NCBI GenBank assembly: GCA_021613535.1
Contig: CP075494.1
Span: forward strand, 5,456,001 to 5,520,000
DNA length: 64,000 bases
Direction of reading: 5' to 3'
From: Adineta vaga
Taxonomy: Eukaryota > Animalia > Rotifera
Below the pieces are notes generated by a model. That model made no database searches, was not told the DNA's origin, and was given only the letters and a program-made list of their open reading frames with translations. Positions within the stretch are counted from its first letter, which is position 1, and each line of letters starts with the position of its first letter. The position numbers and the translations under genes are program-made. Shown here piece by piece: positions 13,135 through 26,812 of the stretch.

Positions 13135-14205
13135 ATGAATAGTTCAATAACTACTGTGAGTGATTCATTGAAAGCTGCACCATATCAATTAAATATCTGG
13201 TTTGGAACATTTCTTTGGGTAGCTGGTAATCTTGGTTGTTTGGGCAATATAATTGTCTTTTGTTCTCGAACATTTCGTAAACGAGCTTATTCAATTTATT
13301 TGTTCTCACAAGCTATGTCGGATTTTCTTTATTTTAATTTTGTTTTAATCACACGCGTATTACAAAAAGGTTTTCAAATTCCTATTACAGGTCGATATGA
13401 TCTTATCTGTAAATTTCGGCAATTTGTATCGGTTTGGGGAAATCAAGTATCGTTTACTTTATTTGCATTAGCAACCATTGATCGACTTCTATCGACACAA
13501 CGTGATAATAGTAAGATTTCTCTCCGATATATATATTAATACTTTTTCTACTCTTCTCTTATAGAATATCGTCGATGGAGTAATCGTGTTTCAATGGCGT
13601 ACAAATTAACAATAGCATGCTTAATCTTTTGGTTTTTATTGATTTGTCATCGACTTTTTTTATACAATACTAAAAATGGTTCATGTACACGTCCAGCAGG
13701 TTTTTATGATGAGTATGATAATTATTTTGAAGTTATATTTACAGCTATAATGCCACCTTTTGTCATGTTTTTACTTGCTTTCCTTCTTATACGAAGTGTT
13801 CGAACTGTTATTCAACGACGCATTGCTCCCGGAAATCAATCAACTGCAGTACATCGAACAGCTCTTCAACAAATGGATGCACAATTAACATTAATGTTAA
13901 TTTTACAATCAGTTATTACAATTATAACTTATGTTCCATTTGCTGTTGAATTAATTTATACAAATGTGACACAATACTGGACGAAAACATCATATCAAAC
14001 TGCAATAGACAAAATTGTAACAGAATTAACACATATCTTATCATATATATTTTTTGCTTCAAGTTTCTATATATCAATCATGACTAATGGAGGATTTCGT
14101 CGAGAAATAAAACGATTCTTTCGACGTTCAGAACATGCTGAAATGACGGAACATACGCATACACTACAGCGTACACCAGCATCGATTTTTATTCAACACA
14201 AATGA
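13135..14205 (+). CDS. Orphan 7TM GPCR, paralog of the 5550 gene (intron 13511-13564)
   Basis: Near-identical N-terminal peptide (PYQLNIWFG..GNLGCLGN..SRTFRKRAYSIYLFS) and the same intron position after IDRLLST. Confidence 0.85.
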
Positions 14206-14412
14206 AAGAAAAACATAAGAGGACATAACTTTGTATATTGATATCTTCGTTTTTTGTTGTATAAAATAGATATTGTTTTTAATAGTTCTTATGCGTAACT
14301 ATAAATTTCTTCATATTCTTTTTCAATATAAACTCACTGTATCTAACCATGTCAGAATTTTCAAAATCACAGCATTTTAAATCAGATAGCAGTGATATAA
14401 CTTGTTTGTCAT

Positions 14413-17400
14413 TTAACAAGAACGTAATAGAATTTCGATATAATCACCACCATAATTCGCCACAGCAATGTCTAACCAATCGTCACGATTGAAATCTCCT
14501 ATAGCAACTGCATATGGATCGAAACTATAACCCATAGGATACGAAGTTTCATTTCCAAATGTTCCATTTCCATAACCTTGTAATATTATAACTTTACTCG
14601 TTCCAGAAGCAACAGCAACAACATTTAAAAGATCATCATCATTGATGTCAGCAATTTTGACGTCATGAAGTTGAGAACCTAAGCCAGTTGAGTAGATCGA
14701 TATCAAAGTGAATGTACCATTACCAACTCCAAGAAGAAAATAGATATTATTAAATGCAGAATCAATAACAACGATATCGGTATTATTATCTAAATTTAAG
14801 TCACCAACTGCAACTGCTTGTGGACGCGAACCATTGGGAAATGAATGTTTGATTAATGAACCAAATGATCCATCACCATAACCCATCATAATACTAATGT
14901 CACTCGTACCATAATTAGTAACAACGATATCAGTATGATTATCATTATTAAAATCACTTGTAGCAAGTGAACATGGAAGTGAACCTAAACTAAGAGAATA
15001 TCGTGATATACCTCCAAAATATTGTATACCATAACTTAGATGTACACCAACATTATTACTTAAGTAATTTGCCGTACTAATATCTAATCGACCATTATTA
15101 TCAAGATCACCTATTGCTAATGATACGGATCCTGATTTGGAACCGGTCGAGAATGATGGTCCTAATAGAAATTTACCATTACCTATTCCATATAATATGA
15201 CAACATCATTTGTTCCAGGACAAGCAACTGCAATATCGATTCGTTTGTCATTATCGAAATCTCCTGAACGAATACTGTGAGGACTTGTTCCATCGCCTGT
15301 CGAATAGAACACGACAGATGCGAATGTACCATTTCCATTTCCATACAAAATACCAATATTATTATTATTTTTATTAGTGACAGCAACATCTAATTTACTA
15401 TCGTTATTATAATCATTTGCATTGATAAACGTTGGCATCGAAAGATATCCAGTAGAATAGTAAACAGCAGGTTGAAAAGTACCATCATTGTTTCCTAGAA
15501 ATATTGCGATATTATCCCGACGATAATTAGCTACGACAATGTCAAGAAAATGATCACTATCAAAATGACCAATAGTCACAGATTGTGGACGAGATCCATC
15601 AATAACTGAGTATGCTATTACAGAATTAAATGATCCATTACCATATCCGAACAATACACCAATACTATTACCACGATAGTTTGCAACAACAATATCAATG
15701 TTGTTATCATTGTTAAAGTCGCCAGCAGCAGCACCATATGGTTGTGAATTATTACCTGTAGAAAATAATAATACCGGAGCAAAAGATCCATTTCCAATGC
15801 TTACGAGAACACCTATTGTATTTGAACCAGCATTAGCTACAACGAGATCTGTTCTATTATCATTATTAACATCTGTCGCAATACATTCATATGGATACGA
15901 GTTAATTCCAACTGAATACATAACTAATTCATCAAAACGTCCCTTTCCATCACCAAATAATATTCCCACACTAGCATTTGCTGCAAAGGTCGTGGCAATA
16001 TCTAAATATGTATCATCATTCAAATGATGAATAGTCATCGACGAAGGTCGTAGAGAATATGGATTTGAATATGTTTGTTGATCTACAAATGACATATAAT
16101 TATAACCAAAAAAGATGGCAATATTTTCTGTTCCTCTATTGACTGTCACAATATCCCATACATTATCTTCGTTAAAATCAGCAACAGCAAGAGCATACGG
16201 TTGACCACCAGGTCTTAATCGATATATTGTTTTATCAGTGAAACTACCATTTCCATATCCAAACAATACACTGATACTATCACCATTGGAATTGGCAGTA
16301 GCAACATCCGTTTGATTATCTTCATTAAAATCACCAGTAACAACATATTGTGGATGAGTGGATTGACCAACATCAAACGTTTTCTGTGGTGAAAACTTTC
16401 CATTACCATCACCAAGAAAAACACCCACATTATTACTTGCTGAATTGGCAGCAATAACATCCAATCGATCGTCGTTATCTAAATCAGCAACAGTGACACC
16501 ATACGGATGTGTTCCACTACCGGTTGAATATATGAATTCAGTTTGAAATGTAGCACCGACATATCTGACAAGTAAATTAATCGAACCAAGACCAGATTCA
16601 GCAACAATAATATCCCATCGAGAATTATTATTGAAATCACCAATAATCACTCCTTTTGGACCAGCACCAGTTAATAATTGATATGATCGAACTAGAGCAA
16701 ATGAACCATTTCCATCACCGCCAAGAATTCCAACATTATCATTGCCAAAGTTCGTCACAATAATATCAAGTTCATTATCAAAATCTACATCTCCTAAAGC
16801 AAGTCCCGATGGATTCGAAAACGATTCATGTGTAAATGACACTGGTATTTGAAATGTTCCGTTATCATATCCAAGTAGTACAACAACATTATCAGATGTT
16901 GAATCTGCTACAATAATATCGATCCATGAGTCTTTATTGAGAAAACCGATAATAATCGAATCTGGATGTGATTGAAATCCTGTTGAATAGGTAATTACTG
17001 TCTTAAAAGTGCCATCACCATTTCCAAATAAAATACCAACATTACCACTTGCTGAATTTGCTACAGCTATATCCAATAAATAATCGTGATTAAAATCTGC
17101 AATAACAATGGCATTAGGATCTGAACTAACACCTGTTGAATAAGTGACTGCACTAGTGAAAGTTTGATTTTTATTACCAAGAAATATAGCAACATTATCA
17201 ATACGGAAGTTAGCAGCAGCAATATCTAAAATAGTGTCATTGTTGAAATCTGCAATAGTCACAGCTATGGGAAAAGCTTCAACCCCTGTTGGATATGTAA
17301 TCATATCTGTAAAACTTCCATTGCCATATCCATATAAAACTGCAATATTATGTGCTTTATAATTGGCAACAACCATATCTGATCGTCCATCCTTATCGAG

Positions 17401-19108
17401 ATCATCAACTGATATACAAATGGGTGCAGAACCTGTTGGAAATAAATAAGTGATTTCTGGATAGAAACTACCATTTCCATAACCAATTAAGATACCAATA
17501 CTATCGGTAGATAATTTTGCAACAGCCATATCTAATCGTTGATCAGAATTAAAGTCACCGAGTGCAACAAATGGTGGATGAGAATTTTGTCCAACGGAAT
17601 ATGGTACTTGCATTACTTCAAACTTCGAACTATAATCCATTAGAACTAGAATTTCATTAGCTTGATAATTGATAACTACAAGATCTGTTTGATTATTTTG
17701 ATTTAAATATCCCGCTGCTATTGAATATGGAAAAGCATTGTTGACAGTCATATATGCTGTTAAAATTGCAAATGATCCATTGCCGTAACCTGGTAATACA
17801 TAGATGTGGCCATTGGTTGAATCTAATATGATAATATCCGTTTGATTATCGTTATTCAAATCACCAGTAGTAACAAATTGTAGATGAGCTGAAATATCAA
17901 GTTGATATATTTGTAAAGGAGCAAAACTTCCATTTTTAAAACCATAGAATATTCCTATACAGTGTGTTCCAGAATTAGCAACAACTAAATCAAGTACATG
18001 ATCATTATTGATATCAGATGTTGTAAGAGAAATTGGTCTTGAGCCATAGTTTGTCGAATGAAATCTTGGAAGAGAAAATGTACCATTGCCACTACCAAAA
18101 AGAACAGCAATATTATCAATACCATAGTTTGCAACGGCTAAATCTAATATTTTATCATTGTTAAAATCACCGATTACAACCGAATAAGGAATAGAATCAT
18201 ATCCCATAGAATAACTTATTTCATTTGAAAATGTTCCATCACCATGACCGAGATAGATACTAACATCATTAGTACCATAGTTGACTATGACAAGATCTAA
18301 TTTCTTATCATTATTAAAATCAGCAGCATTAATGTAGTATGGTCGAGAATTGTTAGTAGATAATGTGATCATATCAGTGAATGTTCCATTTGATTTACCA
18401 AGAAATATTCCTATACTATTTGCACTAAATCGAGCAACAATAATATCAAGGATATGATCATTATTAAAATCATTGACAACTATGGAATAGGGAGTTGATT
18501 TAAATCCAGTTGAATAAATAATTTGATCGTTGAAAGTGTTATTATTATTGATGAATATTCCAATATTATCTGTACCAGAATTAGCAACAATAATATCTAA
18601 TTTATCATCTTGATTAATATCTGCTAAAACAATTGCTCGTGGTCGAGAATCAAAAGTTAACGAATAATGTACAGTTCGTTCGTAAGAACTTTCACATATT
18701 TCAACTAGATACACACACACACACAGACACACATATATATATATATATTTTTGAATGATTGAATAAAATTCAATAAATGATTTACCTGGTTCATGATGTG
18801 TTACACATACAATTATAATACCAATCGTCATGACTATGGAAGTGAATATAGCGAAGAGAAGAGCAATTTTTATCGATGGTGTAATTTTTTTGTCATAATT
18901 TTTCCTAGAAAAATAATCGTTATTTAGCTGAAAACAAAGTGCAAAGTGCAAAGATAAATTGTTGTTACCGTTGAATGGGATCATCTTCGATTGATTTTCT
19001 GTCATCAGTAACAATTGAGATGACATCATAATCTGTTGAATTGGAAAAAGAATGCTTTTGTTGTGAATTCTTAATTGTTTGTAGTTGAATTTCGTCGTGA
19101 ATATTCAT
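14413..19108 (-). CDS. Type II membrane protein with 28 FG-GAP/VCBS (DxNxD) repeats (introns ~18905-18968, ~18705-18785)
   Basis: Repeats of D-F/L-N-x-D-x-x-x-D..G.GNG.F; one N-terminal TM (IALLFAIFTSIVMTIGIIIVCV). Probable true start MNIHDEIQ at 19108; the ORF track reads through intron sequence. Confidence 0.9.
18710..18748. repeat. (CA)n/(TA)n microsatellite inside an FG-GAP gene intron
   Basis: acacacacacacacagacacacatatatatatatatat. Confidence 0.9.
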
Positions 19109-20561
19109 TGATTTTGTTTACAATCTGAAACAGGGAGAAAAAGCAACGTATGTACACCAATTTTCTGCTAATCAACATGTATGAATATTAAATATATTTC
19201 TTTTATCTAAATACGTTTGACCATTATTTGTTTATGATGAAAAACGAATCTGTCACTGTAAATATATCTCAAGCAATCAAAAGAGAAGAAAAGAAAGCGT
19301 GTCGATAATATTAACGTTTAATTTTATTGGTAAATACATATTGTTACTTTTGATTACTCGTTAAAAAATGAATTGTATATTCTTATATCTATATGTATTT
19401 TATCTTTATTCATTCCGAGCAATGAACAATGAAAGTGATTTAAATCATGTATTACTGATCTATCTATCTTTGCCCTTGAAAAAATGCATCTGACTTATCA
19501 TATGACTTTCAATTTTTTATCAGTTATATTGTTTTTTTGTATATAAAATACAAAAAATTATACTTTTTATGGAGGTAAAAAGAATCGAATCTATTGTAAC
19601 GGTTGATTAATCACTTTGATAATACATACAAAGGGTATGTGAGAATGAAAAACAATTTTATATATTGATATTTATATAATTCGTATGTCGTAGTAATTGG
19701 TTTTTTTTTATTCAAATGAGAATAGAGTATATGAGAAAGATTATTCTTGTCTTTAACACAAAACTGTTTATAGGCTATTTTCACAGCATATTCCTCACTT
19801 CTGCTTATACATACCACACTTGAAACAATACTATATATGTTGTAACTGCAGTAATCGAGTTAACTAGTGGTTTGATGGTCCATTGTAAAGGTTACTATAT
19901 CAAAAAACATCAAAATAGTTCGATATTTCATTTTAAAACGAAGAGAAATCAATCATCAGTATATACATATAGGTTCGTTCACCAACACTTCACAGATCGA
20001 ATCAGCGATTTATTTAAAAACTATGTGAAAACATACGCTTTTATCTTTTAATAGTAAGTGGGGGTATGTGAATGAAAACATGGATATGATTCTGTTCAGG
20101 TATCTCGGAATTAATCGACATTGATTTTTCTATATTTAATATAGACGAATGGAGTTTATTTTTTTAATACGCAATTTCATCTCTATTAATGTATGAATTA
20201 AAAAATTGTGTATTTAGAACATCGAACTTTTGCCGATCGTCACTAAATCAGACGATATACACTTTCCTTTTCTTATATCTATTTTTAATAAGATTGTCTA
20301 AAGCAATGTTCATATTACGACGATGAGAAATCTTTATCCGAATAACATGTTAGAGCGTTTACAAAATGCAATTTTCAAATTCCGTATAATCGATTCTAAA
20401 AGATACGAGAGTAAATTAAATTCCTATAATTATAAAACAAAATTGATATAATATTTTGCAGAAATGCTGGTACTTTTTGAGTGGGTGAGAGTAAAATGAA
20501 TATAATATCTACAACTTCAAAGAATACAATAAAATTATAACAAATTACATTAGTTTTTTTG

Positions 20562-21432
20562 TCAATGACAAGAACAGCTTTGTAATAACTGACGTAACTG
20601 AGATGTCAATAAGGCACATGTGATCGGTAAAATTGATATTGAGAAAGCAAATAATGCCCATCCTATATGGTATTTTAGTGGATCATCACAGCCAGTAATT
20701 ACAAAACTTAACCATAGTAAAAAAACTTGGAAAACAAAGAATAACAAATAACCCAATCATGGTAATAATTCGACGAAGAACAATAAAATCTCGTTGATTT
20801 GTTCGTTGACGATTTTGTAAAATAGACTGACTTTTGTTTTTTTTCATATAGTGAATAATATAGATGTAAATCATTATAAAACCATTGATTGGTATAACAT
20901 ATGCAATCATACCTGCATATGCCGTTGGCAAAAAATTCGAAAATAATAGTTCACAAAAATAATATCCTGAAATGTATTTAACCCATTTTTGTATTAATAG
21001 TGGAGCCATTGAAAGAAAATCGATGAACCATTCAATGAAAACTACTGCAAATATAAATTCAAAACGTTGCAATCGTTTGTATTTGTATAAAACAATTCGA
21101 AAGAAACGAAGACATGCCAAGAGAAAAAATGAATGATATAATAAGGCAAGACCAACATGTAAAAGATAAGATCGTATATAACGCCAGTTACTATCTAATG
21201 AAATAATGTTAGAAACATTACCATACAAATTATGTCCATACATATCGAATAGAATACAAGAAATAAATATAATGGAAATATAAGTATTGTAGATGAGAAG
21301 CATCGAACTATTGAAAGGATATTTCGAACGGTTTAAGAAAATAAGGAAAAGCATTATGATTGAAGACAATACTCCAATCAATGAGAAAGTTAAGGCTAGT
21401 ATATCGATGGTGATACAGAGAGTAGTATTCAT
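20562..21432 (-). pseudogene. Orphan 7TM GPCR-like gene with a +1 frameshift in a T7 run (~20719-20725)
   Basis: Hydrophobic TM pattern, YFCE loop Cys, QRDFIVLRRI before TM6. Removing one T joins ORF 20686 to ORF 20562 (..CFPSFLLWLSF..). Confidence 0.65.
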
Positions 21433-21704
21433 TAGAATAGTTCACAGTATTCGATGAGAAATAGATAGAATGAAAGATATATTTAACGAGTAAAACATTT
21501 TCTCGAAAAATTCTCATAAATAAATTTAAAATATAAGCAGATTTACATCAAATTTAGATTTTCGATTTCAATTTATTAGAGATTGATATAAGATGCTTAA
21601 AAATGATGTCTGAGACGTAGCAAAAAAGATAAGTATGCGAAGATTGTTGATGATCAGTTCTTTCGGTAATCCTTCAGAAAAGTTTCTATTGAATCATCCA
21701 TATT

Positions 21705-22889
21705 TTAAATCCATGGTTGATTAACGTGAAAAGGATGTTTCTCGTTTGCACCAACAATAGTTTCAAAACATACATCACGATAATTAAGTATATCCTTTAC
21801 TTTATCTTTCACAAAATTCTTTGTCAATTCATTTGCTTTATCGAAATCAAATTTGAATGATAATGGATTTTTTTCATTTGTACGTAAGAAATCAATTATA
21901 TTTTTCATATAATCAGTATAGATAGTATTGATTTTTCACGTTCTCGCCATTCATTTCACATCAATTCGATATTGATCTTTATCAGGTAATTGAATGCGAC
22001 TGAGAAAAACATCACATACAAGTGCTACTTGTCCATCAAAAATAGGAAATGATAAAATTTGTCTCAGAGCACCTAAATAGATAAGATTTGGTTGATCAAT
22101 TCAAAAGATACTTTTATAAAGATTTAATGGGACATATTCAGTAATATTGGTTTCTAAACGTAATTATTCTGACATAAATGAATATAAATGACGATAACCA
22201 GTACAAATTATAACAACATCGATATTTTCAGTACTAGAACCATCTTTATAATGAGCCGTATCATCTTCTAATCGATTAATTTCGGATACTTCTTTGATTT
22301 CATTTGGCTATTTGTAATCTTCGTACGAATGAGAACAACTAATTTTGATTGATTTTGCACCGAATTGATAACATCGTAAATCGATATCTTCTGCAGAAAA
22401 ACTATCACCACAAATTAAATGATCAGTAGCTACAATAACACAATCAAATGTTAAACATTCGGTTGAATTGTTACTGAAATCTTCTATATCAATGTTAAAT
22501 TCTTCTTTCTCATCATTAAAATTCACATGACGAACAACTGTACTAAAACGAATAAATTGTCGAAGATTATTTGCTTTTGTCCTACCAATAAAATAATCAT
22601 AGATAAAAGCACACGTGGTAAGAATGAAGGTAAAGAACAACCAAAATGACCAAGGACTAATAATAATCAATTTGAAGACATTTGTTTTTCGTCTATTCGA
22701 TTCATGTAGTATTCTTACTAGCGATACATGCTCGAATGAATTGGTTCTCCATGAATATCGACCCCAATCCGATTGTCTTTCAGAACAAACAAGTTCGACT
22801 TGATGTTCTTCTTCTGCTTGTTTAAATGCTAATAATTATGCAAGACCACATGGACTAGCACCAATGATTGCAGTACGTAATTTACTCAT
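21705..22889 (-). pseudogene. Flavin-containing monooxygenase (bacterial Tmm-like) pseudogene
   Basis: MSKLRTAIIGASPCGLA*LLAF..VCSERQSDWG..SWRT, FDCVIVAT, GDSFSAEDI, VIICTGY, NLIYLG, FDGQ. Stop at 22836, frameshifts, and no FxGxxxHxxxF segment. Confidence 0.8.
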
Positions 22890-23173
22890 CGTCTAGTTAT
22901 ACTTTGATAAAATATTGATATATCTACGACAAAACGAGGAGAACATCAACATATATTTCTATATTTCTTTATGTAAGTGATTTAGTTGAAAGAAAGATAA
23001 GCACGTACCCATTATCATGTATATAACGACAACTAGTATTTTATATTCTTATATATCGAATAAAATAAGAAGATTCATTGAAACAAAGGAATATTTAATG
23101 TAATTTAATTACAAAAAACGTTATGGTTAAAAAAAATGTAGAAAAGTATCAATGAAAATCCAATGGTTTTGTT

Positions 23174-26100
23174 TTACAAAAACCACATATCATCAGAAAT
23201 TTTGGTATCCAACATCATTAGTTCTGTCTTGATATCATCAAGAGAATAATCTTCAGAATCCTCATTTTCTTCGCCAATACTAAAAATATCATCAATGAGA
23301 ACATTATCAATTATAGTGATATAATACCTTTCTGCATCTTCATCTTTACCATATCGAAGTGCTCGTGAAGCATAAGCTGCTAGATGAGCATAATGAACTG
23401 GAGCTGGGATGGAAACAGACTTTGTACAACGCATATCTGTATGACATAACTATAAAAAATACAATTGATATTAAAATTCTACCTAAATTTGTGTTACACT
23501 AAAGAAAAGAGCAAATCAACTCACCCAATAAGTAAGTTGTTGTATATCATCACTACTGAATTGGTTGTCATCATGAATAACATGATATAAAGCCGGTCGT
23601 GACGTACCCTTTCTAGAATGATCCAAATTATGAGAACAATCGAGAAAATATAAATACTAACATTGCTTTTTGTGAGCATAGATAAAAATCAAATTGAAAA
23701 GGATGTGTTATTTCTTGATCGATAACCGTGCCTGGTTCGACATTTAATGTTTGGTTATTATCATACAGAAAGAAACGTGTATTATGACGCTTTTTTACTA
23801 CAATAAAAGTCAATTGTGGAACTGATCCATTTGGATAAATTTCTAATATAGAAGAGAAAAAAAACGAAGTTATAAATGTATTTGCAAGATTTTCAAAACT
23901 TACGACGACAAATATTTTTAATTTCAGTAACTTCGTAATCGAGTACTTTTTGATATTGTCCATCATCAACACCATCCCGATAAAAGATAATTTTATTGGG
24001 AAAACGACCACCGTGACTATTAGCGAATATTTCGAGTAATTGTTTCACCATATTGCCTAATTCTTTGATAATTTCAACGGAACAACGACCTTTTTTGGGA
24101 TATTCTATGAATTAAAAAGTTGTTATCATAGACAAAGAAGTAAAATCAAAAATAAACATACGTTCACACAGTCGAGATGCATACAAACTGTTTGTTGCAT
24201 CTCGAGAACCAACAACTGCAGCAATGGAAGGACGATCTGTTGAGCAAGTTGAATGAGTTACCTGAACAAAAACAAATTCAAATGATGACAAGTCTTTTGT
24301 TTCAGTAATCTATCACTTACATCAGCTCCAAAAAACATGAAGAGATCTTCTCTGGAAGAGCGACTTAAAGCTGTTTTTATATTGACGACACCATTGATAC
24401 CGCCCAATTTTCCATTAATTTTTTGGCTAATATTTTCCGCATCTAGAAAAAAACAACAACCACCATATATTCATTCTTCGTACTCGAACAAAGTTTAATT
24501 CTTCTCTGTACACATAAAGAGTTTGCCAATATTTCTCTCTAAAGCTTGATAATTAACGCATTGAGTCATTAAACCAATGGATCGATTGGAATATTGTTTA
24601 ACATAGTCATAAACTCTGGCTGAATCAGAGCTTTTTAGAATAACAATAGCCAATTGCCATCGTTGCTCACTGGCTTTATCTAAAGCTTTCGTAATTTGAT
24701 TTTCTGATGTTCCTTCGATCGTTAATGATAAAGCACTATTAATGATGAAACCAGCTTTTTCAAGTAACTAAAATGAAATGAACACATAGATCGAAAAAAC
24801 TGTACTGAACATATAAAATCTTACGTTTGGAAATTGATTTTGAAATTCTCGTAGAACACCATTCGTATGTCCATCAGGTCTATCACCAAAATAGATTATA
24901 CCCCAACTATTAATAGGTGGTGTTGATAAAAACCAATTTTTGATTCGCCATTGACCACCGTGAACAGACTCCATTACTTCGCCTTGACCTCGACGACGAT
25001 ATTTTATGGTAGGTGGTGAGATAACTCGTGCTATACATAATCAAATATACATCTATCTATTACTATGAAAAGTGAACAATTACCTTTCAGTTTCAGCATC
25101 TCTTTGTCATGTACATGAATATTTAATTCTTTGAGATATCGATCTCTATCAAATTGATTATTGCGTACGATTTTCATAATTTCATCATAGCGTTGATCTG
25201 GTCTGAGAATACTATTTTTTGAAACAGAACCTCGTTGTACTTTATCCAATGGTCGTACTGCACGTTGCCATTCCACAATCTGAAATAAATTTTAAAAATT
25301 CGTTTTATTGTCAGACAGAAGAACTAATAAACTTACAGAGACTACTTCCATTGGTAACCAATTCGGTTTATTCAAATGTCCTTTCGTTCCATTAATACAA
25401 GGCAACGATGGATACATAAGTTTCCGATACTGTTTACCAAAGTAATCTGCGACGCTGATTTCTTCACCAACACTCGCACCTGCTGTCTCGTCATTATCGC
25501 CACGACGAAACATCAGTTGATTGGCAGGACGACCAAAATCATGAAATCGATAGAACAGCCTACGACCTGTATGCATTGTATCGACTAACCAAAACAAAAA
25601 AGAAGATTTCTGAAGATGAACAGCGGAGTATTCTTAACTTACTTTGTAAATTTCGAATATTTTTTGCCAAGACATCTAATTCATTCTTATGAATACCTCT
25701 AGTAATATCTCTTCGTAAATATTGAGTAGCAAAATCAACGAATTTATTTGGCATATAGAAGCATGTAAATGTCAGATTGATATTTATCGTCGGTCCATTT
25801 TGGGTCAAAAATAAAGCTTGATAAAATCCTTTGGCCATACCACGTCCATCACCTATGCATGAAAAGCATTATTTCAATGAATGATGGAACAAAAAAACTA
25901 AGAAACTAACCCATATCCTCGAGTTGTCGACGTCGATCATAGAATTGATTTCGAATAGCAATCAAATCATTTCGAGCACGCTGCTTAAACAATGTTTCAA
26001 TTATTCGAATAGTTTCTTGTGGTCGATGAGTCGTCTTCTGTCGGATATAATCATGTATGTTTTGAATGCGATTTTGTCCAACAAGATCACATTTGGTTAA

Positions 26101-26812
26101 TTGAAACACTTTCATATCATCACCTTTGCCTAATTTCACTTGTATAGGCAATTTTATTTCAGGCAACATGTCTTTCGTATATATCGTCTTTCCTTCATCA
26201 TACCTAAGAAACAAAACAAATCGGGTTCATTTTTATAAATGTTCAACTACAATATAATAAAGACTTACCATATAGTAGGAAAATCTTTTCTTTCTTTCAC
26301 TATCGTTTGTACAACTTCCCATCGATCATCTTTACGTGCTTCACAAGACTTGTTATTCCGAAAGATTATAATTATGTCAATATCGTATTGATAGACAGTC
26401 GCATCGTCAATATCGACACGAAAATGGTTAGAATATACATCTACCACTTGACCTTTTTGACCACCCCTATCAGGTCGATGAACCGGATTTAAATTTGCAG
26501 TATCAGGTACTGCTGAGCATAGGGTTCGACGAGAAGGTCGTTGATGAACGCTTTTAGAACGAGCATTTTTAGCAACTGTGGATGCCTCATTCACAGACAA
26601 ACTATTCATCGATTCAGTTAATGTTGGATATGCACTTGACGAACGTGTACTTGCTTGAAAAGTTTTAAATGAATTTTCATCAGTAGTTTTGGATGATGCA
26701 TCAACTCTTCCCACTGGTCGTAATTCACCTTTATCTAAATGACAAAACGATTATTTTCATTCAAAATGTGAAATTCTAGTATTTTACGTTTACGATAACC
26801 ACGTCCTGCCAT
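23174..26812 (-). CDS. ago: Argonaute (AGO-clade) protein, about 14 introns
   Basis: N domain (SNHF, YQYDIDI), ArgoL1 (GFYQAL), PAZ (SVADYF..YPSLPCI..WLPMEV), MID (MTQCV, KINGKLGGIN), PIWI (FFGADVTH, RDGV, VVKKRHNTRFF, GTSRP, SIPAPVHYAHLAA), C-terminal MWFL. Confidence 0.95.

Noticed and set aside
14413-18700. Periodic repeats in the FG-GAP and (31900-34300) TPR genes as a CRISPR-like or DNA repeat array
   Set aside because: The repeats are degenerate at DNA level and conserved only as protein motifs inside open frames.
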